Origin: Magnetospirillum sp. 64-120
Lineage (GTDB): Bacteria; Pseudomonadota; Alphaproteobacteria; Rhodospirillales; Magnetospirillaceae
DNA length: 64,000 nt
Direction: 5' to 3' (one strand)
Assembly (NCBI RefSeq): GCF_001898825.1
Contig: NZ_MKVK01000051.1
Position 1 is the first letter of the stretch. Every line of letters starts with the position of its first letter. The notes beneath the pieces were generated by a model. The model worked only from the letters and a program-made list of their open reading frames with translations. It made no database searches and was not told the origin of the DNA. The translations under genes and the position numbers were made by a program. Shown one piece after another: positions 9,322 through 16,800 of the stretch.

Positions 9322-10499
9322 GCCGTCGCCGCATCTGCATCACCACCGGTTCCCGCGCCGAATATGGCCATATGCAATGGCTTGCCCGTGACATCGCCGA
9401 CGACACGGAGCTGGAACTGCAATTCATGGTCCTGGGCATGCATATGGCCCCCCAATACGGCATGACGGTGCGCGAGATCGAAGCGGACGGCTTTTTCGTC
9501 AACGAAAAGGTGGAAACCGCCCTGGCTTCGGACAGCCCGGTCTCCATCGCCAAGTCCATGGGCTTGGCGGTGTCCGGTTGTGCCGAGGCCTTGGCCCGGC
9601 TCCGCCCGGATGTCCTGGTGATCCTGGGCGACCGCTATGAAATGGTTTCGGCGGCGCTGGCGGCGTTGGTGCTGCGCATCCCCATCGCCCACATCCATGG
9701 CGGCGAAACCACCGAAGGGGCCTTCGACGAAGCGTTGCGCCATTCCATCACCAAGATGGCTCATTTGCACTTCACCGCCGCCGAGCCCTATCGCCGCCGT
9801 GTGATCCAATTGGGCGAGGCGCCCGAACGGGTGTTCAATTTCGGCGGTCCCGGTCTGGATACCTTGTTGCGCCAGAAGCTGATGACCATCCAGGAGCTGT
9901 CCGCCAGCACCGGTTTCGACCTGGACGGCGGTCCGTTGCTGTTGGTCACCTATCACCCCGTCACCTTGGCCGGCGGTGATCCTGCCGGAGGTATCGGCGC
10001 CCTGGTTGATGCCCTTGAGCGTTTCCCCGACACCCGCATCCTGATCACCGGGGTCAACGCCGACACCGGCAACAGCCGTATCACCACGGCCTTTCAAGCC
10101 CTGCGCCTGCGCCATCCGGCCAGAGTCTTCATGATCGACAGCCTGGGCCATCACCGTTATATCAGCGCCATGAGCCATGCTGCCGCCATGGTCGGCAATT
10201 CCTCGTCGGGCATCGGCGAGGCGCCGGCGTTGGGCCTGCCCACCGTCAATATCGGCGACCGTCAGAAAGGCCGCCTGCGAGCAGAGTCGATCATCGATTG
10301 TGCCGAAGACGCCGACGCCATCGCCACGGCATTGACCCAAGCGCTCAGCCCTGATTTCCGCCAAACCGCCCGTTCCTGTGAAGCCCCTTATGGTCGTGGC
10401 GGCGCCTCCTCGCGTATCAAAGACGTGCTGAAGACGGCTTCCTTGGACGGTATCTTGATGAAATCCTTTCACGATCTAGCGCCGGAGGTCATCCGGTGA
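9318..10499 (+). CDS. neuC: UDP/GDP-N-acetylglucosamine-type 2-epimerase (hydrolysing), NeuC/LegG family
   Basis: MSRRRICITTGSRAEYGHMQWL..., GDRYEMVSAALAA, IAHIHGGETTEGAFDE, VGNSSSGIGEAPALGLPTVNIGDRQKGR. ATGA overlap at 9318 and GTGA overlap at 10496. Confidence 0.9.
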   Translation: MSRRRICITTGSRAEYGHMQWLARDIADDTELELQFMVLGMHMAPQYGMTVREIEADGFFVNEKVETALASDSPVSIAKSMGLAVSGCAEALARLRPDVLVILGDRYEMVSAALAALVLRIPIAHIHGGETTEGAFDEALRHSITKMAHLHFTAAEPYRRRVIQLGEAPERVFNFGGPGLDTLLRQKLMTIQELSASTGFDLDGGPLLLVTYHPVTLAGGDPAGGIGALVDALERFPDTRILITGVNADTGNSRITTAFQALRLRHPARVFMIDSLGHHRYISAMSHAAAMVGNSSSGIGEAPALGLPTVNIGDRQKGRLRAESIIDCAEDADAIATALTQALSPDFRQTARSCEAPYGRGGASSRIKDVLKTASLDGILMKSFHDLAPEVIR

Positions 10500-11587
10500 A
10501 GGACTGGGCCAAAACCCTGGTCGCTCCCGAGACCACGATTCTGTCAGTGGTCCATGGCATCAACGAAGCCGATCTTCAGGTCGCACTGGTGGTGGACGAC
10601 CAGCGGCGATTGCTGGGCATCGTCACCGACGGCGACATTCGCCGCGCCATTCTCCGGCAGGTTTCTTTCGACAAACCGGTCAGCGAGATCATGAACCCGG
10701 CGCCCATCACCTGCCCGGCCGGTGAAAGCCGTGAACGGGTGCAGGCGACAATGACGGCCGCATCCTTGCGTTTCCTTCCGATGGTCGATGCCGAAGGCCG
10801 GGTCGTTTCCGTCTGTACCCTCGAAAATTTGCTGGCCTCGCCGCAACGGTCGAACACCGTGGTGTTAATGGCCGGCGGCATGGGTACCCGGCTGCGCCCG
10901 TTGACCAACGACATTCCCAAGCCGTTGTTGCGGGTAGGTGGCAAGCCGCTGCTGGAAATCATATTGGAAGGGTTCATCGCCCAGGGATTCCACAATTTTT
11001 ATCTGGCGGTCAATTACAAGGCCCAGATGATCAAGGACTACTTCCAGGATGGCGGCGCTTTCGGTGTTTCAATCCGCTACCTCGAGGAAAATCAGCGCCT
11101 GGGCACCTGCGGCGCCCTGACCTTGTTGCCCGAACGCCCGACCGAGTCGTTGATCGTGATGAATGGCGATCTGCTAACCACCGTAGATTTCGGCACCCTC
11201 TTGGACTTTCATGACGAGCACGGTGCGGTCGCCACCATGGCCGTTCGCGAATACGATTTCCAGGTTCCCTATGGTGTGGTGGAAACCGACGGTCATCGCA
11301 TCCTCAGGCTCGAAGAAAAACCGATACAACGTTTTTTCGTCAACGCTGGCATTTACGCCCTGTCGCCGCAAGTTCTGGATCGACTGGTGCCCGACCGTTA
11401 CATGGACATCACCGAATTGTTCCAGAACCTGTTGGACGACAACCACGAAACGGCCATGTTCCCCATACGCGAATACTGGCTGGACATCGGCCGTGTGGAC
11501 GATTTCGAACGGGCCAATCAGGAAGTCCACGACATCCTGGCTACCTCTCGTCGCCCCCAGGCTCAGAACGGCGGTGGGGAATGGTGA
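10496..11587 (+). CDS. CBS-pair + sugar-1-phosphate nucleotidyltransferase (PtmE-like)
   Basis: 363 aa. The N-terminal CBS pair includes LLGIVTDGDIRRAIL. It is followed by the NTP-transferase motif VVLMAGGMGTRLRPLTNDIPKPLL. This architecture matches the guanylyltransferase of the Campylobacter legionaminic acid locus. Confidence 0.85.
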   Translation: MKDWAKTLVAPETTILSVVHGINEADLQVALVVDDQRRLLGIVTDGDIRRAILRQVSFDKPVSEIMNPAPITCPAGESRERVQATMTAASLRFLPMVDAEGRVVSVCTLENLLASPQRSNTVVLMAGGMGTRLRPLTNDIPKPLLRVGGKPLLEIILEGFIAQGFHNFYLAVNYKAQMIKDYFQDGGAFGVSIRYLEENQRLGTCGALTLLPERPTESLIVMNGDLLTTVDFGTLLDFHDEHGAVATMAVREYDFQVPYGVVETDGHRILRLEEKPIQRFFVNAGIYALSPQVLDRLVPDRYMDITELFQNLLDDNHETAMFPIREYWLDIGRVDDFERANQEVHDILATSRRPQAQNGGGEW

Positions 11588-11627
11588 TGGCTGCCAATGA
11601 CTGCCGGGTGCACGTGAAGTCAACGCG

Positions 11628-12695
11628 ATGGTGCCGATGATCTTCTCCGTGGTCAGCCCCGACGATCCCGCCTGGACCGACGCCTTCATGCGCCTTAGTC
11701 CGACTGATCGTGATGTTTTTCACTCTCCGGCTTTCGCCCGGGCCACCCAGGCCACCTTGTACCGCCGCGACACCGTCCTGGCGGCCATCGGCGCGAAGGG
11801 TGAACAAAGGGTGCTGTACCCCTTTGTGCTGCGTGACCTTGAACGACTGACCGGTGCATGCGCGGCCCGGGGCTTGACCGACATGACCGGCCTTTACGGG
11901 CGCGGTGGCATCGCGCTGAGCTTGGATGGCGCCTCGCTGTTGCCGTCCTTTCATTCGGCCCTGAACGAATGGGCCCAAGGTGCCGGGGCCATCTGCACCT
12001 TTGATCGCTTCCACCCCGTCAGCGCCAACGAAGTCACGATAGCCCCGGGTGGGCGGGTCATCGATGTGGGGCTATTCGTGGTGATGGATTTGCGCGACGG
12101 TGCCGACGCCGCGCTGGCCCGCGCCAAGCCGGCCATCCGTCGGGCCATCCGCCGGGCCGAAAGCCTGGGCATCACCACCCGTCAGGTTCCCGCCGCGCAA
12201 GCCATCGATCCGTTCTTGGACCTTTATCACGAGACCATGGCCGCCAACGGCGCCGAGGATTTCTATTTCTTCGACCGCAGCTTTTTCCAAAGCCTGGCCG
12301 ACGCCTTGGGTGAAGGCGCCCAGTTTCATTTCGCCTTTGATGGCGACCAGCCGGTTTCCGCCGAACTTGTGCTGGCTGAAGGACGTTATTGCCATTACTT
12401 CCTAGGCGGCACCCGTCGCCAGGCCCTGGACAGCCGCGCCAACCAAAAGCTAAAATCCCACATCGTCGCCGATTGCGCCGCCCAGGGCCGGCACTTCTAT
12501 CTACTGGGCGGCGGCCACGACCCCGAGGATGGCTTAACCCGCTATAAACTGACCTTCGCCCCCGATGGCGGCTTACCGTCGAGGGTGGGCGGAACCATTT
12601 TCGATGCCGACGCCTACCAGAATCTGAAGGCGCGTTTGGCAGAAGACGGCACAGTCATCCGGCCCAACCGTTTCCAATTTTATGATCCGAACTAG
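11628..12695 (+). CDS. FemAB / Acetyltransf_6 (GNAT-fold) family acyl- or aminoacyl-transferase
   Basis: 355 aa. AIRRAIRRAESLGITTRQV..., YHETMAANGAEDFYFFDRSFF, AELVLAEGRYCHYFLGGT, LKSHIVADCAAQGRHFYLLGGG. This pattern is typical of FemAB-related GNAT proteins found in polysaccharide loci. Confidence 0.65.
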   Translation: MVPMIFSVVSPDDPAWTDAFMRLSPTDRDVFHSPAFARATQATLYRRDTVLAAIGAKGEQRVLYPFVLRDLERLTGACAARGLTDMTGLYGRGGIALSLDGASLLPSFHSALNEWAQGAGAICTFDRFHPVSANEVTIAPGGRVIDVGLFVVMDLRDGADAALARAKPAIRRAIRRAESLGITTRQVPAAQAIDPFLDLYHETMAANGAEDFYFFDRSFFQSLADALGEGAQFHFAFDGDQPVSAELVLAEGRYCHYFLGGTRRQALDSRANQKLKSHIVADCAAQGRHFYLLGGGHDPEDGLTRYKLTFAPDGGLPSRVGGTIFDADAYQNLKARLAEDGTVIRPNRFQFYDPN

Positions 12696-12704
12696 GGGGG
12701 AACC

Positions 12705-13397
12705 ATGGTTTCCGAAACCGCGATCGAGCAGAACCTGCGCCGCTGGGATGAACTGTTCCAGAGACGAAGCTGGGGCCGCTATCCCCCCGAGGAACTGATC
12801 CGATTCACGTCCCGCCGCTTCTCCCAGGTCGAGAACCGCCTTGCTGTTCGCATTCTCGAGATCGGGTGCGGCATGGGGGCCAATCTGTGGTTCTTCTCAC
12901 GTGAAGGCTTCTCGACCTATGGCATGGATTGTTCATCAACGGCCCTAGCCGAGGCTAAACGCCGGCTGGACGCCGAAAATCTGCCGATTGCAGAATTGGC
13001 GACCGGCAATTTCACCACTTTGCCCTGGCCTGACAACCATTTCGACATGGTCGCCGATATCGAGGCCGTGGTCGCTAACCCAACCGCCCAGGCACGGGCC
13101 ACCGTGGCCGAGGTGCTGCGGGTGCTACGCCCCGGCGGCGTGATGTTTTCCAAGCTGTTCGGGGTGCGGACCAATGGCTCCGGCACCGGCGAAATGGTTG
13201 AACCAGGCACCACCGCCAACCCCACCGAAGGCCCCTGCGCCGGTTTGGGCCTGACCCATTTCTATACCGAGGAAGACATCCGCGCCCTGTTCTCTGGCTT
13301 CGCCGAGGTTTCAGTGGACTACGTCGAACGTAGCGATGGCGGCGGTGCCGTACGTGTCCATGAGTGGGTGGTCGGCGCCACCAAGGCGACAGCATGA
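12705..13397 (+). CDS. Class I SAM-dependent methyltransferase
   Basis: 230 aa. Motif I is ILEIGCGMGANLWF, followed by DMVADIEAV and RPGGVMFSKLF. The stop overlaps the neuB-like start (ATGA at 13394). Confidence 0.85.
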   Translation: MVSETAIEQNLRRWDELFQRRSWGRYPPEELIRFTSRRFSQVENRLAVRILEIGCGMGANLWFFSREGFSTYGMDCSSTALAEAKRRLDAENLPIAELATGNFTTLPWPDNHFDMVADIEAVVANPTAQARATVAEVLRVLRPGGVMFSKLFGVRTNGSGTGEMVEPGTTANPTEGPCAGLGLTHFYTEEDIRALFSGFAEVSVDYVERSDGGGAVRVHEWVVGATKATA

Positions 13398-14449
13398 ACC
13401 GCGCCCTAACCGCCATCGCCAACCGGCCCATCGGGCCGGGGCACCCCTGTTTCGTCATCGCCGAGGCCGGAGTCAACCACAACGGCGACATGGACATGGC
13501 CTTGCGCCTGATCGACATCGCCGCCGATGCCGGCTGTGATGCCGTCAAGTTCCAGACCTTCATCACCGAAAAGGAAGTTTCTCCCTTCGCCCCCAAGGCC
13601 GATTACCAGATCGCCAACACCGGCGCCGACGAAAGCCAGTTGGAGATGCTCAAGGGCCTGGAACTGGACGAAGCGGCTCATCGGCGGCTGATGGAACATT
13701 GTGACCGTCGCGGCATCTTGTTCTTGTCCTCTCCCTTCGACATGGATTCGGTGGCGCTGCTGGGACGGCTTGAACTGGCCGCCATCAAGATTCCATCGGG
13801 CGAGATCACCAACATACCCTATCTACAGGCCATCGCCGCGCTGGGCCGTCCGATCATCCTGTCCACCGGCATGAGCACTTTGGCGGAAGTGGGTGAAGCA
13901 CTGGAACTTCTGCGTCGCGCCGGCGATCCCCCGGTGGCGCTCTTGCATTGCCTGTCGTGCTATCCCGCCGATCCGACCGAGGTCAATCTGCGGGCCATGG
14001 ATAGCATGGCCCACGCCTATCAAGTGACCGTCGGCTATTCCGACCACACTTTGGGAACCTCGGTGGCGGTCGCAGCGGTGGCGCGCGGCGCGGCCATCAT
14101 CGAAAAGCACATCACCCTGGATCACGACCTGCCAGGCCCGGACCATCGCGCCTCGCTGGAACCTGATGAATTGCAAAGCATGATGACGGCAATCCGGGTG
14201 GTCGAGCGCGCCTTGGGCGACGGTCTGAAACGGGTTCAGCCATCCGAGGCCAATACCCGCGATGTCGCCCGCAAAAGCGTGTGCACCAGCCGCGTCATCG
14301 CTGCCGGCCAGACCCTGCGCGACGACGATCTGATCATGCTGCGTCCCGGCACCGGCTTTCCCGCCCGCGACCTGCCCTTGTTGACGGGACGTCGATCCCG
14401 ACGCGACCTCCCTGCCGGATGGCCACTGACCGCCGAAGACTTGGAGTAG
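13394..14449 (+). CDS. neuB: Nonulosonic acid synthase, NeuB/LegI family (PEP-dependent), with C-terminal SAF domain
   Basis: In-frame ATG 13394 gives MNRALTAIANRPIGPGHPCFVIAEAGVNHNGDMDMALRLIDIAADAGCDAVKFQTF. Further motifs are IILSTGMSTLAEV, LLHCLSCYPADPTEVNLRAM, VGYSDHTLG, IIEKHITLD and the SAF-like tail RKSVCTSRVIAAGQTL. Confidence 0.92.
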   Translation: MNRALTAIANRPIGPGHPCFVIAEAGVNHNGDMDMALRLIDIAADAGCDAVKFQTFITEKEVSPFAPKADYQIANTGADESQLEMLKGLELDEAAHRRLMEHCDRRGILFLSSPFDMDSVALLGRLELAAIKIPSGEITNIPYLQAIAALGRPIILSTGMSTLAEVGEALELLRRAGDPPVALLHCLSCYPADPTEVNLRAMDSMAHAYQVTVGYSDHTLGTSVAVAAVARGAAIIEKHITLDHDLPGPDHRASLEPDELQSMMTAIRVVERALGDGLKRVQPSEANTRDVARKSVCTSRVIAAGQTLRDDDLIMLRPGTGFPARDLPLLTGRRSRRDLPAGWPLTAEDLE

Positions 14450-14455
14450 ACGTTA

Positions 14456-15661
14456 ATGCCGGGCCATGCTCTGATCTTGGTCAAAAACGCCATCAGCCCG
14501 CATGACCTGGAACGTCGGGGGATTAATGCGCTGACCGCCATGGGGTTCAGCGTCAACGTTCTCGATCTGGGCAATTTGCTGTCCCCCCAGATACAGCATA
14601 ACCGCAGTCATTATTCCAGCTTGGGGATTCCGATCACGGTGATTTCAAGCTGGCGGACCCTGCATCGGGCCTGGCCACTGTTTCAGCAGGCCGACCTGGC
14701 TTTTTGCTTTATCGCCACTCACCACATGCGCGCGGTAGATATTCCGCTATTTCGTCTTCTTGGACGCAGCCGTACGCCATACGTATTATTCATGAACAAT
14801 ACAGTGCCTGGAATTCTGCCCCATGAATGGCACCAGGGATGGTGGGGGCGCATGCGCGAACGGCTGAACAGGCTTAGGACGATTCGTCCACTGGACACCC
14901 TGGCCTCGCGCATTGCACCGGGCTGGGTCGGCGCGCCTCAAGCTGCCGCCGTGGTTTATGGTGGCGTGTCTTCCGTGGCTCCCAGCCAATTGGTCGGTCC
15001 CGACACCTTGCGCATCAATGCACACACCAACGATTACGACAGCTTGCGCACCCTGCGCGGCCAGCCGCTGGAAGACGACCACAGCGCCGTGTTCATCGAT
15101 CAGTACCTTCCTTTCCACCCTGATTGGGTGGAAAGGCCGGGCACCAACCGCATCGATCCTGATTCCTATTACACCAGCCTGCGTCGCCTGTTCGATCGCA
15201 TCGAGGCCGAATTGGGGCTAAGGGTCGTGATCGCCGCCCATCCCCGCGCCAATTACGCCGACAAGCCCGGCCTGTTCGGTGACCGTCTGGTTGCCAGCGG
15301 ACAAACCACCGAGTTGATACGCCGCAGTTCCCTGGTCATCGGCCATTACAGCTTGGCACTGGGGCAGGCGGTGATCTTCCACAAGCCGGTTCTATTGTTG
15401 CGTAGCGCCAGCTTTGGCGCCTCTTTGCTTTTGCTTGACCATATCACCGAGGCTTATGCCCGCGCATTGGGCACACAGCTAGAGAACATGGACACACCGC
15501 AAGCCATCCCACTGGCCGATCACACCAGCCCCAATGAACAAGCCTATGCTGGCTTTATCCACCAGTGGGTCAAACAGACGGGTAGCCCGGAAGCGCCTTT
15601 GCACGACATCGTCATCGCGGCGATGAGGCGGGCCGGACTGATCCCGGATCAGACGAAGTAA
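14456..15661 (+). CDS. Uncharacterised 401-aa protein; possible GT-B-like (capsule-synthesis / glycerophosphotransferase-like) sugar transferase
   Basis: No recognisable signature. The C-terminal half has VVIAAHPRANY...LVIGHYSLALGQAVIFHKPVLLL. This loosely resembles the HP...S/T-x-x-x-x-A...P pattern of KpsS/TagF-like GT-B proteins. The gene starts 7 nt after the neuB stop. GC is visibly lower than in the upstream operon. Confidence 0.6.
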   Translation: MPGHALILVKNAISPHDLERRGINALTAMGFSVNVLDLGNLLSPQIQHNRSHYSSLGIPITVISSWRTLHRAWPLFQQADLAFCFIATHHMRAVDIPLFRLLGRSRTPYVLFMNNTVPGILPHEWHQGWWGRMRERLNRLRTIRPLDTLASRIAPGWVGAPQAAAVVYGGVSSVAPSQLVGPDTLRINAHTNDYDSLRTLRGQPLEDDHSAVFIDQYLPFHPDWVERPGTNRIDPDSYYTSLRRLFDRIEAELGLRVVIAAHPRANYADKPGLFGDRLVASGQTTELIRRSSLVIGHYSLALGQAVIFHKPVLLLRSASFGASLLLLDHITEAYARALGTQLENMDTPQAIPLADHTSPNEQAYAGFIHQWVKQTGSPEAPLHDIVIAAMRRAGLIPDQTK

Positions 15662-16521
15662 CCGTATTTTTCCATCGGCAGACCATAAAGTTTTTGCAGC
15701 TTTCGGTTTCCGTATTCGTAGTCCCTTAGGACCTTGGCGGCGAATTCAGGCGACAAATCCATTCGCCGCCGCAATGCCTTGGCCGCCAGATCGGCCATCC
15801 CAAGCTTGCGCACCAGCGGTTTGAGGAACCCCAAAGACTGGGGATAGCGCGTCGCCTCGGCATGCGACTCGTTTACTTTTTTCTGGCTTTGGGCGAAGTG
15901 CCGCAGATCTTCACCCATGATGTCGCCAAGGCGCCGGAAATAGGTTTCCGGGTCGTCGCTTAATTCCTCAAGCAGCAATACATCAACCCGATCGGGACCC
16001 AAACGCTCGACAATGCGGAAAAAGTCCAGGGTCTCGAAATATATCATCCCGACCCGCTTGCGCAGTTTTACAGCGCCGGAACCCAAATTTTGAGCAGGAT
16101 AGTCAATAAAAATATCTTCGGGCCGATAAATGAAAGATGGCGCATTATGTTGAAAAATGCTTTGGACCATCAAATCTTGGCGCCGGATTTGCAAAAGAAA
16201 TCGGCCCTCTGTTTCAAATATGCGCCGCAAATTAGTCAAACAATTATGACGATGACTGTATTCAGTGAAGCGAATTTCAGGAGACATGACATAGTCGGAC
16301 AGCCCCTCATGGCTAAAGCAATATCGCTCGCCACGCTTTTGGAAAAAAACCAGATCCTGCGGTAGGTCGTCGAAGCTGTTTTTGGCCAGGATGTCCTCGG
16401 TGCCGTTATCCGCGACATAGGGCATGTTCTGGAGTTTGGGGAAAACGCGTTCCTGAAGAAACGTCGATCCGCATTTGGGTAAACCGATATGGATCACCGG
16501 ACCCCTATTCACACAGGACAT
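15649..16521 (-). CDS. Sulfotransferase-family protein (PAPS-dependent)
   Basis: 290 aa. The 5'-PSB-like motif is IHIGLPKCGSTFLQ and the 3'-PB-like motif is LLQIRRQDLMVQS. A GGAGAG SD lies 6 nt upstream of the ATG. The gene is markedly AT-rich (22/60 GC at 16081-16140). Confidence 0.75.
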   Translation of the reverse strand: MSCVNRGPVIHIGLPKCGSTFLQERVFPKLQNMPYVADNGTEDILAKNSFDDLPQDLVFFQKRGERYCFSHEGLSDYVMSPEIRFTEYSHRHNCLTNLRRIFETEGRFLLQIRRQDLMVQSIFQHNAPSFIYRPEDIFIDYPAQNLGSGAVKLRKRVGMIYFETLDFFRIVERLGPDRVDVLLLEELSDDPETYFRRLGDIMGEDLRHFAQSQKKVNESHAEATRYPQSLGFLKPLVRKLGMADLAAKALRRRMDLSPEFAAKVLRDYEYGNRKLQKLYGLPMEKYGYFV

Positions 16522-16622
16522 CTGAACTCTCCATATTGCCTAGTGGTCCGATCCTGACAGGAGGCTCATGGGCATGAACCTTCTGTCAGGCGAATCGGCC
16601 CACGAAATCAACGAATTATGCA

Positions 16623-16664
16623 CCAATCCATTCAGATGGTCTGTGTACCATCTGAATGGATTGG
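16623..16664. repeat. Perfect 18-bp inverted repeat (stem-loop) in the GT-C / sulfotransferase spacer
   Basis: ccaatccattcagatggt (16623-16640), 6-nt loop ctgtgt, accatctgaatggattgg (16647-16664). It extends to 22 bp with one mismatch. Flanking weaker hairpins are cctgacag/ctgtcagg (16553-16590) and cttgctt/aagcaag (16688-16708). Confidence 0.8.
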
Positions 16665-16800
16665 CGCACTAGTGGCCTGAGACGAAACTTGCTTTACAGC
16701 GAAGCAAGCAATGGCTTCAGCAGATTTTGGAATTGCAGCAACCATCCAACCAGGGCCAGAACCGCCCAAGACAAAGCCAACGCCACCCATTTTTTCCCGG

